Shown here piece after piece: positions 1-9,400 of a DNA stretch of 64,000 nt; within the stretch, counting starts at the first letter, position 1, and each line of letters starts with the position of its first letter. Source of the stretch: Euryarchaeota archaeon UBA438 (GTDB lineage: Archaea > Thermoplasmatota > Poseidoniia > Poseidoniales > Thalassarchaeaceae). The stretch lies in NCBI GenBank assembly GCA_002504435.1, contig DAQP01000043.1, positions 16,810 to 80,809 of the forward strand. The letters run 5' to 3'. A model generated the notes under the pieces. The model did no database searches and was not told the DNA's origin. It saw only the letters and a list, made by a program, of their open reading frames with translations. A program made the position numbers and the translations under genes.

Positions 1-677
1 AGTCTGTCGAGGACGCAATCCAGGAAGGCGTGTTTGTTGTAGCGGCAGCAGGGAACGATGGTAATGACGATGATGGGGACGTGGAGTCTCCAGGTTCTGT
101 GGAGGACGTGATATGCGTTGGCGGAATTACTAGGACCGGTGCAATCTGGTCAGGTAGTTCCGAGGGCGATAATGACGGGAGGCTTTGGCCGAACCCCATA
201 CTTCCACGACAAGACCCAGACAAGAAGCCAGAATTGGTGGCGCCTGGGCATGAGGTCCCAGTCCTGATGGCGAGCGGGGTTGGAAATGGTGCTTGGTGGG
301 GATGGTCAAGCGGGACATCCGCAGCTACTGCTTGGGTTTCAGGTTCAATCGCTATACTGCTGCAAGCACACCCGGAGTTGCAGAGAGGGGGAGAGCAGGG
401 AGGAACGGGTGCAATTGAGGAAGTGAAAAGTGTCATCATGGAGAGCTCACAAATGAAGGAGGGGCAGAGCGACCATGATTCCCACTACGGGTACGGGCTA
501 CTCGACATGGATTCGTTAATCGATTCTTTCGGGAACTCGAGTGGTGCGGACAAAATGGGGGCCATTCAGATGGATGGCTCTGTAGCAAAGGAGGAGGCTC
601 TGTTTAGGGAGGTTCAAGCAGCCCGTCGAACCACGGCGATAGTCCCGCCGGTAAGCTCAACGAAAGCGAGTGAGTGA
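1..677 (+). CDS. Subtilisin-like serine protease (peptidase S8), C-terminal part. The 5' end lies upstream of the window.
   Basis: The frame is open from nt 3 (SVEDAIQEGVFVVAAAGNDG...). S8 hallmarks are AAGNDG (oxyanion Asn region) and GTSAATAWVSG (catalytic Ser motif GTSxAxP-like). The track ORF begins at an internal GTG. Confidence 0.7.
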   Translation, partial: SVEDAIQEGVFVVAAAGNDGNDDDGDVESPGSVEDVICVGGITRTGAIWSGSSEGDNDGRLWPNPILPRQDPDKKPELVAPGHEVPVLMASGVGNGAWWGWSSGTSAATAWVSGSIAILLQAHPELQRGGEQGGTGAIEEVKSVIMESSQMKEGQSDHDSHYGYGLLDMDSLIDSFGNSSGADKMGAIQMDGSVAKEEALFREVQAARRTTAIVPPVSSTKASE

Positions 678-1372
678 TTGACACTAACTGACTTGGCGAA
701 ATCAATCCATTCGTTGAAGGCGGCCACCTTTCTCTGAGCTTCAGTTGGCTCATCACCGGGAGAGGGCTCTCCAACATCCCCGGTTGGGACCTCGGGCTCG
801 GGAACGATCAGTATTCCCCCTGGGGCAAGAATTTCGAATGCAGATTTGGCAGCACTGGGCCTTTCCGAATCCGGAAGATCGATGATTACCAGATGTAGTC
901 CGGTAGGAATTGATGAAGGCCTTGCTGACTCGGGGAGAGAAGCTGAAGCAGCTGACCACGTCCTTGCCTCGGCCACTACCTCCGACCACTTATTTCCAAC
1001 AACTCTGGCCCAACCTTCTGCATCGTACCTCCTAATCAGGCGGTCGATGATTACACCAAACCTTGCACCTTCCTCGACAATGATGAATGAGTCTGGTTTG
1101 CTACTTTCATCGGGGGTGTCCACGGAGGGGTCGCCGCACCACATGTCAAGGAGCCATGCCGAAAGATGTCCGATGCCGCCCCCAACAAGAACAACGTCTC
1201 CAACTGGAACTCTTGAAGAAATGTCACGAATTCTGGCCCTCATTGACCTCGGCATTGTCCTAAGGCCCATCAGCAACATCTGCTCGCCTATTGATGAAGC
1301 GATCAGTGGTTCCGAATCGCCCCTCTCTACATCCTCAGAGAGTAGTTTCTCCAACATTTCCCTTTCAGACAT
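614..1372 (-). CDS. Class I SAM-dependent methyltransferase (O-methyltransferase-like)
   Basis: VLVGGGIGHLSAWLL is a glycine-rich SAM-binding motif. The C-terminal part (LHLVIIDLP...ILAPGGILIV) is typical of the Rossmann-fold MTase core. The start is placed at the internal MSEREM (M88 of the track ORF), because the first 87 aa are low-complexity and would overlap the neighbouring gene. Confidence 0.5.
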   Translation of the reverse strand: MSEREMLEKLLSEDVERGDSEPLIASSIGEQMLLMGLRTMPRSMRARIRDISSRVPVGDVVLVGGGIGHLSAWLLDMWCGDPSVDTPDESSKPDSFIIVEEGARFGVIIDRLIRRYDAEGWARVVGNKWSEVVAEARTWSAASASLPESARPSSIPTGLHLVIIDLPDSERPSAAKSAFEILAPGGILIVPEPEVPTGDVGEPSPGDEPTEAQRKVAAFNEWIDFAKSVSVNHSLAFVELTGGTIAVVRRAA

Positions 1373-1483
1373 TTGCGGGAGGCCAAAACCACTGGAGCCT
1401 CCTGCCATGTATTGCGGAAGGGTTGCCACTATTGAAAATAGACTGCTCGGTGGCTTCAAGAGAGGCATGCTGACCGCAGGGCC

Positions 1484-2080
1484 ATGGAGGAAGCTGTGGG
1501 GGATGACCAAGTGGCCGACGTTGCACAGTGTCCGGGGTGTTCGGATCTGACCGAGCATGAGGTTCTGAGCAGAGCGGCAAAGGGAGCTGGAGAGGATCTC
1601 CTTGTGAGGTGTGTTTCCTGTTCTAATGTCCATAGGATTAGCCTCAGACCCCCGTCTTCAACTTCGGTTAGGGCAACTCTCTCTGATGGTGCGGATAGCT
1701 TTTCGGCGTTGATTGAGTCCGATGCAGATGAGGAGATCTCAAAGGGTGACCTTTTCCAGTTTGATGATGCCCATTGGCAAGTCACAAGAATAGAAATCGG
1801 GGACAAGATGCCAGTCAATTCTTCGGAAGCGAACAAGATAACATCGATGTGGGCGATCCGCAAGGACGCTTGTGTGGTCAGGCTAACTCTAACTGAGGGG
1901 GAAGTCAGCACACCCTCGAGTATTGAGTGCGATCCTGAGAAAGTTTTCTCGTGTGGGACGGTGATGGTTCTGGATGGTAAAAAGTGGAGGATCAGGGCAA
2001 TTCATACAGGTGCTGGGAGAACCCTGAGAGGCAAGAGAGTTGCTGCAGAAGTTAGGAGAATGTACCTACACTCGATATAG
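1484..2080 (+). CDS. Hypothetical zinc-ribbon protein
   Basis: An N-terminal CPGC...CVSC pair (4-Cys zinc ribbon) is followed by a beta-rich domain. The antisense ORF 1456..1911 is low-complexity. Confidence 0.4.
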   Translation: MEEAVGDDQVADVAQCPGCSDLTEHEVLSRAAKGAGEDLLVRCVSCSNVHRISLRPPSSTSVRATLSDGADSFSALIESDADEEISKGDLFQFDDAHWQVTRIEIGDKMPVNSSEANKITSMWAIRKDACVVRLTLTEGEVSTPSSIECDPEKVFSCGTVMVLDGKKWRIRAIHTGAGRTLRGKRVAAEVRRMYLHSI

Positions 2081-2083
2081 TGA

Positions 2084-3037
2084 TTACCTGCGATTTGTCC
2101 ATGGCATTAACAGAGCTTTCACTACGTGGCTAGCCACTTCTGGGTTCTCTCTGAGCCTCCTGAGTCCATACTCATACCACCTAGTCCCATAGGGAACGTA
2201 GACTCTCGTAAGGTGGCCCTTTGAAGCAAGACCCCTCCTTACATCGCCCCTGACCCCCAAGAGAAATTGGAATTCGTACCCCGGACCCTTTTTCTCTAAT
2301 CCCGTAGAATCTGAGTTGTCCATGCCCCTATTTCTTAATTCGGCCAAGGCGTGATCTATTACTGGAAAATCATGTGAGGCGATTGCTGTATACGCCCCTC
2401 GATCCAACATGGATGTAACTGCTCGATTGGTGGCTTCAACAATGTCAGAGTAATTCGTATGGGCTATGTTCCCAGGCTCCAGATATATTCCTTTACATAT
2501 TCTGAAGTCGGTTTTGTCGGCTAGGGAAGAGCAAATTGAGTCAATATCTGATTCGGTCCTATGTAGCCTCCCCTGCAAGACTACTCCGATGTTTGTAAGG
2601 CCCTTGGAGTGCATGGCCAGCATTACATCGATAGTTTCCTGGGTGACTCTGCTGTCCTCCATGTCCAGCCTTACGAATGAGTCCAGCTTCTGCGCTTTCC
2701 TGGTAATTGACTCTATGTTAGAATAAGCAGAGTCCCTGTTTACGAGTAATCCGAAAGCTGTTGGTTTTATGGAAATATTTGCGTTCAATCCGTGTTCTTC
2801 GATTGCATCCAATAGTCTGGAGTATTCTTCTAGGAAGTAGCTCGCTTCCTCCATGGAACTGATTTCTTCCCCCAAGACGTCGACTGTGAAGCAGGCGCCC
2901 TCCGCTGATAGTTTTCTCATCGTTGCGATTGCGTCAGACATTTCTGATCCTGCCACATATCGCATGGCCACACGCTTTACGATGAACTTCGGAGCCAATG
3001 GCATTGATGCCACGATGAGACGCCCGAACAGTGCCAT
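2084..3037 (-). CDS. Proline dehydrogenase (PutA-type catalytic domain, monofunctional)
   Basis: The roughly 310-aa TIM-barrel PRODH family is indicated by the C-terminal YVPYGTRWYEYGLRRLRENP signature and the upstream VLQGRLHRTESD region. Confidence 0.75.
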   Translation of the reverse strand: MALFGRLIVASMPLAPKFIVKRVAMRYVAGSEMSDAIATMRKLSAEGACFTVDVLGEEISSMEEASYFLEEYSRLLDAIEEHGLNANISIKPTAFGLLVNRDSAYSNIESITRKAQKLDSFVRLDMEDSRVTQETIDVMLAMHSKGLTNIGVVLQGRLHRTESDIDSICSSLADKTDFRICKGIYLEPGNIAHTNYSDIVEATNRAVTSMLDRGAYTAIASHDFPVIDHALAELRNRGMDNSDSTGLEKKGPGYEFQFLLGVRGDVRRGLASKGHLTRVYVPYGTRWYEYGLRRLRENPEVASHVVKALLMPWTNRR

Positions 3038-3070
3038 CTTACCTTCGAGGAGGCAGGAGAGACTTCACGA

Positions 3071-4054
3071 TTACTCTTGAGACAAATCCCTTCCTCTCAG
3101 AACGGGGACTCCATTTTCCTCGAGGAAATTAACCAGAAGCGATCTTTCCCAGCCCCTGAAAGACTTCCTGTCGAGGTGGGCGAAGATTTCTCCCCCGGGG
3201 AATGCGGCTCGTGTCGCCTCTATGGCGGAGGAAGCTGATTCCTTCCAGTTTCCACCGGGAATCTCCGATTCTAATTCCGACTTTTCGAATCTGAGAGAGT
3301 AGTTTGCCAAAACGTGCCCCAGCCAAAAGTCTCCAGATTCGACCACGGACTTGTGCCGCGGCGCGTAGTGGCCCCCGCCAAAACCCACCATGACTGAGCC
3401 ACTGCCGGCCCATTCTCCCTGTGGTTCGGCTCCATTAAGTCCGAGAACATCACAGATTACGGTCGACCAAACCATTGCTGCATCTTTTCTATTCCACTCT
3501 GCCTCAGTAGAGCCTATCTCAATGTACAGGGATGGGGTCTCGAGCCTCGGACCATGGTGCGTAGTCTCCATTGTAAGATCGAAGTCCCCCTCAAGGCCGT
3601 TTTTTCTTGCCACCTCTAGCATCTTCCTGTACAACGATGAAAACCTCGGCGAAGGAGGGACAACGTGCCCATTAACGCCCCCTGCCACCCCTTTCTCACC
3701 TGTTGGGGTGATTCCTGGAAGGCCAATTGCGTGAAGTGTTATTGCGGGCGTATTTGTTGACGAAACGTGCCTAGATAGGACTAGAACTTCGTCGATAGAA
3801 TCGCCGGTCTCATCCATGTGGACCATATCGATTTCATCCGCATGAATATGCAACTCGTCAATCTCTAGGATCGTAACCGGCCTCTCAGAATGACGGCGAA
3901 CTCTTCCGTGATCAAAATTCTCGACGTTTTGCCAGTCCGAAGATTCGACTAACGCTCGAGCAAGATTAATCGAGGCCTCGTCGAGGGTGGAGCTGAGGAT
4001 GAGTGAGGCCATGATTTGGCAAGGCGGGCCATACTTCAATGCTTTCAGCCACAC
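3071..4054 (-). CDS. dtdA: D-aminoacyl-tRNA deacylase, archaeal type (DtdA)
   Basis: ETTHHGPRLETPSLYIEIGSTEAEW and GFGGGHYAPRH match the conserved HHGP...IEIGS.E.EW and GGGHYAPK blocks of the tRNA_deacylase family as I recall them for the Pyrococcus abyssi Dtd. Confidence 0.75.
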   Translation of the reverse strand: MWLKALKYGPPCQIMASLILSSTLDEASINLARALVESSDWQNVENFDHGRVRRHSERPVTILEIDELHIHADEIDMVHMDETGDSIDEVLVLSRHVSSTNTPAITLHAIGLPGITPTGEKGVAGGVNGHVVPPSPRFSSLYRKMLEVARKNGLEGDFDLTMETTHHGPRLETPSLYIEIGSTEAEWNRKDAAMVWSTVICDVLGLNGAEPQGEWAGSGSVMVGFGGGHYAPRHKSVVESGDFWLGHVLANYSLRFEKSELESEIPGGNWKESASSAIEATRAAFPGGEIFAHLDRKSFRGWERSLLVNFLEENGVPVLRGRDLSQE

Positions 4055-4084
4055 CTTGAAGCGGGATGATTAGGACGAGATAGC

Positions 4085-4993
4085 ATGCAAGAGCTGGGGT
4101 TCAACCCTGTCAGGGTCGACAAAGGTGACTCGCTCTCTGTGATAGTTGGTTCCATGGGGGAGATCATGAAGGTTGACTCAGAAGGCCGAACGGTCGGGAA
4201 TTTTTCAGTTCCTTTTCCTTCTCAGCCGACATATGGAACTATTTGTTCGGGAAAGTGGATCGGTGCATGGGTCGACAGGGGATTCAAGAAGGCATGCATG
4301 GGAGCCATCCCTCTCGATGGTGAATTGGACTTCGGAAGAGGGCGTGATTTCCTCAGGACAATGGGTAGTTCGGCCTCTGATGTCCTACCAGACTCTTGCC
4401 TCTGGACCAGGGACATAGAGGGGGAGCCGATGGGGCTGACAAGCAATGGGGGGGAGATAACCTTCGGAGTCCTGAATACTGGGATTTACAGGGTGGATGG
4501 GGGTGCGAATGAAATCTGGAGATCCCCCTACCCCCAATGGCCAGAGCTACAAGATTTCAGCAACGTTGACTCGATTATTGACATGGTCCATACTCCCGAC
4601 GGGATTGCCATTTGGTCGGAATCTGGAGGGGTTTCACTAGTTTCCGAGGACAAAGGGGCCGTCCTGAGATCAGAAGTTCTCAAATTGCCCGAGAGGGTGA
4701 TCGGAGTGAGATTCGATGAAAGTATTGGATGGATGCTGATGATGAGTGGACGTTATGCCGCGATGATGAAGGAGATTGGGTCCGAGCCGTGGATTATCAA
4801 TTTGCCAGGTCCGATGATGGACTGTGTAAATGCGGGCGATGGCAATTGGAAATGGACTGGTTGGAGGCATGATGGGATAATGGAAGAAGGTTCTCCACGA
4901 ATTCTGGAAAGGGAAGATATCGGAGTATCGATTATCGGGGACAGGGTACTAACCAATAGCGGCCGATGGAGGGGTCACGCCTTCACAGAGTGA
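4085..4993 (+). CDS. Hypothetical protein, possibly a PQQ-like beta-propeller repeat protein
   Basis: Coding-like composition. Repeated G-x-W / IW-containing beta-strand motifs (YRVDGGANEIW, IAIWSESGG, WKWTGWRHDG). No confident family assignment. The 3' end overlaps rps27ae by 19 nt in convergent orientation. Confidence 0.4.
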   Translation: MQELGFNPVRVDKGDSLSVIVGSMGEIMKVDSEGRTVGNFSVPFPSQPTYGTICSGKWIGAWVDRGFKKACMGAIPLDGELDFGRGRDFLRTMGSSASDVLPDSCLWTRDIEGEPMGLTSNGGEITFGVLNTGIYRVDGGANEIWRSPYPQWPELQDFSNVDSIIDMVHTPDGIAIWSESGGVSLVSEDKGAVLRSEVLKLPERVIGVRFDESIGWMLMMSGRYAAMMKEIGSEPWIINLPGPMMDCVNAGDGNWKWTGWRHDGIMEEGSPRILEREDIGVSIIGDRVLTNSGRWRGHAFTE

Positions 4994-5142
4994 CCGCACT
5001 TGCCGCAAGACTTCCTGTCGCTATGTACTGCTAGAAATACCCCTGGGCCACAGTTCGGGCATGATTCGCCTCTGACGAGTTGGTCTCCGTCAATTGAATA
5101 CTTGGAGTGCTTGGCGTTCCCATTGGGTGAACCCTGTGGCAT
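4975..5142 (-). CDS. rps27ae: 30S ribosomal protein S27ae (55 aa). Found by hand; absent from the ORF track because it is under 60 aa.
   Basis: Minus-strand translation gives MPQGSPNGNAKHSKYSIDGDQLVRGESCPNCGPGVFLAVHSDRKSCGKCGHSVKA. The CPNCGPGVF[ML]A.H.DR..CGKCG zinc ribbon is the archaeal S27ae signature. The ATG overlaps the rps24e stop (TAATG). This is the conserved operon position after rps24e. Confidence 0.7.
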   Translation of the reverse strand: MPQGSPNGNAKHSKYSIDGDQLVRGESCPNCGPGVFLAVHSDRKSCGKCGHSVKA

Positions 5143-5501
5143 TATTCATCGCCTCCCTCTTCTTGTTCATCGGTTGATTGGGATTCTTCGGGCTTCGCCG
5201 GCTCATCACTTGCTCCATCTTCCCCTCTGAATTTGTTGTGCCTCCCTACGATGTACGAGGGTTCGATGGAAGCAGCCTCTTCTGAGGCGTAGATTAACGC
5301 TAACCCAGTAGTCCTAGGCATACCATACCTTGTGCTTACGTCCTTGACAAAAACCAATTCTGAATTTGCTCCGGGCTCAATTTTTGTTGCTGCGGATACC
5401 ATTTCCTCTAATTTTGGAGTTGAGGAGTTTGGATGATCCCAAACAAACCTAATCTCGACCCTGTCTAGCAGCGGATTGTCCTTCCTTTCGATTACTTGCA
5501 T
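5142..5501 (-). CDS. rps24e: 30S ribosomal protein S24e
   Basis: KDNPLLDRVEIRFVWDHP...TPKLEEM and YIVGRH match the S24e family. There is an acidic C-terminal tail. Confidence 0.85.
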   Translation of the reverse strand: MQVIERKDNPLLDRVEIRFVWDHPNSSTPKLEEMVSAATKIEPGANSELVFVKDVSTRYGMPRTTGLALIYASEEAASIEPSYIVGRHNKFRGEDGASDEPAKPEESQSTDEQEEGGDE

Positions 5502-5509
5502 AATTACAC

Positions 5510-5713
5510 CTACCTGATGTTAACCTTCAACGCATAATTCCCTGGCCGGGTGATGTTGAGCCTCTTTGCCACCTCGGACCTCTCTGGGTTGAGGATTACC
5601 ACAAAACCCTGCCAATCTGTCGTAACAGGGGAGTTCGGGCAGTAGTGGCACTGCCCTTCCCCGTCCGGCAATATTGCATTGCAATCTCCGCATGCGAAAG
5701 GTTGCTTGGCCAT
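5510..5713 (-). CDS. spt4: Transcription elongation factor Spt4 (RNA polymerase subunit E'')
   Basis: 67 aa with CGDC...CHYC zinc ribbon followed by WQGFVVILNPERSEVAKRLNITRPGNYALKV. This is the Spt4/RpoE2 pattern, and it sits between rpoE' and rps24e as in most archaea. Confidence 0.8.
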   Translation of the reverse strand: MAKQPFACGDCNAILPDGEGQCHYCPNSPVTTDWQGFVVILNPERSEVAKRLNITRPGNYALKVNIR

Positions 5714-5714
5714 T

Positions 5715-6263
5715 TTAGTCGGTCTCCTTCAGCCAATCTGCCGCGCCCAGTCCATCCATCTTGCAGTTCAGACCAATCTTGCTGGCCCTGGGGTCATTCT
5801 GATTAATTGCCTTTGAGACAACTCTAGATCGTACATGGGAACCTTCCTCGATATGCTTACCGGTCTGGGATCCTTCAATTCTCCTAACCCCCATATTCAC
5901 TTGGATCGGCTCGTCGAGAATCTGTGATTTGTGCAGTAGTGCTTCGACGGGGCCTATCCTGACGAAAGCGCCATACTCCGAAACATCGGAAACATAGCCA
6001 TCTACGACCTCATTATTTTCCATGTTGAAAAGAAGTGCCTTGAACTTCACTGCCTGGTAGATTGCGCCGTCTCCGTGGATTATCCTGCCTCTCCCCACTG
6101 GTTTATGGTCAAAGGTAAGGACCGTGTAATTCTCATCGGAATCAAATCTGCCTTCGAATGCGTCATTTGCCAAACTGTCAATGTGGTCTTCTAAGCTGTG
6201 ACCCTCTCTGATGTACTCGGCCGGGATGCGAATAGTGTCCTCTCGCTCAATTATGCTGTACAT
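5715..6263 (-). CDS. rpoE: DNA-directed RNA polymerase subunit E' (Rpo7)
   Basis: N-terminal MYSIIEREDTIRIPAEY and a C-terminal S1 domain (GYVSDVSEYGAFVRIGPVEALLHKSQI). The start is moved to the MYSII Met (6263), which has a GAGG about 10 nt upstream; the track ORF extends to 6329. Confidence 0.85.
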   Translation of the reverse strand: MYSIIEREDTIRIPAEYIREGHSLEDHIDSLANDAFEGRFDSDENYTVLTFDHKPVGRGRIIHGDGAIYQAVKFKALLFNMENNEVVDGYVSDVSEYGAFVRIGPVEALLHKSQILDEPIQVNMGVRRIEGSQTGKHIEEGSHVRSRVVSKAINQNDPRASKIGLNCKMDGLGAADWLKETD

Positions 6264-6448
6264 TTTTTCTGCCTCAGTGACGGACCGCTCCAAGCAGCCA
6301 GGACGGGGGGTTTCCCTCCCGTCCGTCATCGGCTAAGCCTCTGGAGGAGAAGTCCGTGCGACCCGGCGACCTGCCACTCCTGTATAAGCGCAACGGACGG
6401 GCAGAAATGGCTGGCGCACCCCGATATATGCTCAGACCGTAGGTCTGA

Positions 6449-9400
6449 GTGAGAATATGGGGCGAACGTTCAAGTGGGTTACGAAAACCAAATTTGACTC
6501 TGATGACAGTTGATGCCACGCAAAAACTCCTTCCCATGAAAGTTGGGGCAGCTTTTGCAGTGTCGATTATGCTAGCTATGTCACTATCACCAATGTTGGC
6601 CACTACAGGGGTTTCGAGGAGCCTAGAAGATTCCAACGAAATGAGGAGTTCCGGAATCGACCCCTGGTCGGACGGTGGCCAAGCCTGGCCACAACCAGGC
6701 AGGACCCCCGATAGGGTTTCCAATCCTCCAGGCCATGTACATTCTTCGGATTCAGGGGGCGGCCTACTTTCAATAGTCGACCCGGTGATAAACTGGGATT
6801 TTGGTTCCGACCCCATAGGTACTGATTCTCTTGGCACACCTATTGCTGATTTCTCCTCGTCCCTAACCACTGACCCTTCCTCGGAAGAGAGGTGCGGAGG
6901 AGACTCGCTTTACACCATAATTGTACAGACTGACTCTGCATCAGGTGAGAGTTACATGAGAATAATTGAGGGGGAGGACTCTGATCTCGCATGGGAAGTT
7001 AGTCTCGGAGTTACAGAGAAAGTCAAGGCCTCACCTGTAGTTGTGGATTTGGATGACGATGGGAAGCCGGAGGTGATAGCGGTGTATGACCAAGGAGGGA
7101 CTCTGAATGTCGATGCGTGGTCGCCCAGGCTATTCTGCTCGGTTACCGGATGGAACCCCGGAGCAGGTAGTTCGCAACAGCCAATCTGGACCTGGGAGGA
7201 TGACGACTTGATGGTGAGTAGTGACGTTGGGGCTTATGTCAGTGGTTGGCTGGGGGGGCACAAGCCAACTGCCCAGCCACTTCTTGCCGACTTGGACCTT
7301 GATGGAGATGCAGAGTTGGTAGTTGCTGCGGTAAACGAGAACAGTGGGGATCCGGTCATTGTTGCACTGAGTCTGCCTTCTAGCGGCTCGCCCGCCACAC
7401 TTTGGGAAAAAACACTGGACAAGGGGAGCCATCCTTCTGACCCTGCTTTTGCACAGACGGATGAGAATACTGGCTATGTTGTACTGACGACCACCGAGTA
7501 CAGCAATGGCGGAATGTGGGTTTGGAGGCTTGACTCGTTGACGGGAGATTCGGGATGGGACGGCCTTAGCCTGAATAACATAGATGGCGACTCTGATGCG
7601 CCTCACATCAGACTCCCTGGTCCAGTTGTAGCCAATCTTGATGATGATGAGACTCCCGAAATTGTAGTAACCATACCTACAGATGCCGACGGATCGGGTG
7701 CTGTTGATGGCGCTGAATTCAGAGGTCTAGAAATCAGCACCGGTGCCGAGATATGGTCATTCGAGGCAGATAATGGGTACGCTGACGCGCCACCCATTGT
7801 TATCGATACAGACGATGATGGGACCATCGAGAGGGTCTGTTGGGTCACTTGGTGGCAAACTGCAACAGCTAGGCACGGAGTCACGGGTTGTCATGATGTA
7901 GATGGATCCAGCCCCGAAGAGGCATGGCACCGGGATCTCGAGCAGAGCAGCGGGGCGCCGAACGACGAGATAGCTGTCTCACCCCCAGTTTGGATGGATA
8001 TTGATGGTAGTGGGGAGCCTGAGCTCCTAGTCGCCTATGGGAGATCACTCTGGGCGTTCGATGGAGCGGAGGGAACTGGGTCTGCCATCAACACTGAGTG
8101 GGCCAATGAGTTGGAGTTGAACCACCGAACTTGGTCTTCACCTGCGTTGGCCGACATCGATGGGGACGGCACACTGGACATCATCATCGGTAGCACCGTT
8201 GTCTCGCTTGAGAGGTCCGACGTTAGACCCCTCCTTGATGGAGGGGGGATAGAGTTGGACCCAACTGCCCCCAGTCCAGGTGAGGAGGTCACGGTTTCTG
8301 CATTTATCGAGAACTCTGGAACAGGGCCCATAGATTCGGAATTTGATGCTGTCCTCTATGCCGATGGAGTAGAAATTGGGAGGAGGACATTCACATCTCT
8401 GGAACCAGTTGAGCCAACGGGATCAGGGTCCTTTGAAACATTCAGTGTTGAATGGTCGGGGCCACTTGGGGACCATGAATTCACATTGGAGCTAGACAGT
8501 TTCGGGAACCTGACTCAGACTAGGACGGACAATGATGTTGCTAGCAAGATTGTATCCATCGTCCCGACGTACAATGCTTCTTTCGAAATTCCGACTGAGC
8601 CCGTCAGGGTATCTCCAGGCAGTAGCACAACTGCTAGCCCGACTGTGAGGTCTACTGGGAGGCTCGCTGGGACATGGTCCCTCAGCATAGATGACTCCGA
8701 ACTTCCTGAGGGTTGGACGTGGTCGGACTCCACGCAGGAAGGAATTAGCAATGTCGAGATTGGAGTGGATGATACTTGGTCCCCTGATCTAACTATAACA
8801 GCGCCTTCGGAGGCACTTGGTTCTGACTCAGGATACCTATCTCTGACCCTGACCCTCGATGAAGACTCGAACGTTTCTGTTTCTGCAAATCTTCCAATAG
8901 AGGCGAATAGAACGAGGGGGCTCTCACTTAGAGGACCCGATGGAACGTCTCAGAGCAGCGGCTACGGACTACCTGGGCAGGATGCAGAAGCATGGTTCAT
9001 GGCCGAGAATCTAGGAAATGCCGAGGAGGACCAGATTCTCCTCTCATGGGACAGCACACCATGGGGCAATGACCTGCGCCTATACGACATGGAAGGGGCC
9101 GAAAGATCAGCGTTAATTTTGGCCCCCGGAGAAGAGTTGGCGTTAGTTGCAACCCTAGCCGTTCCTTCCGACGCACCCGTGGGAGATTCAGTTGGCACGC
9201 CTCTAACCATGTGCGTTGGCACGGGCACGGAAGAAGAGACCTGCCAGACCATACAATTAACATTCCATTCTTCGAACGTTGTTTCTGGAAATCACATCAG
9301 AAGCGTTCCCGCGAATGGACTCGAATGGTCGGTAATTACTGAAATGCCGGCTGAAAGCGGGACAATCACATGGTCACTTTCTGAAATGGGGATGGCGATG

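Noticed and set aside
846-1550. 234-aa + strand ORF overlapping the methyltransferase gene
   Set aside because: Entirely antisense to a gene with recognisable motifs. Ser/Pro/Leu-rich low-complexity translation with no motifs.
1456-1911. 151-aa minus-strand ORF overlapping the zinc-ribbon ORF 1484..2080
   Set aside because: Low-complexity (S/A/L-rich) product. The plus-strand frame has a 4-Cys ribbon and a more protein-like composition.
6274-6870. 198-aa minus-strand ORF across the rpoE'/surface-protein intergenic region and the start of the giant gene
   Set aside because: Antisense to the signal-peptide region of the giant gene. It would overlap the rpoE' start. No motifs.
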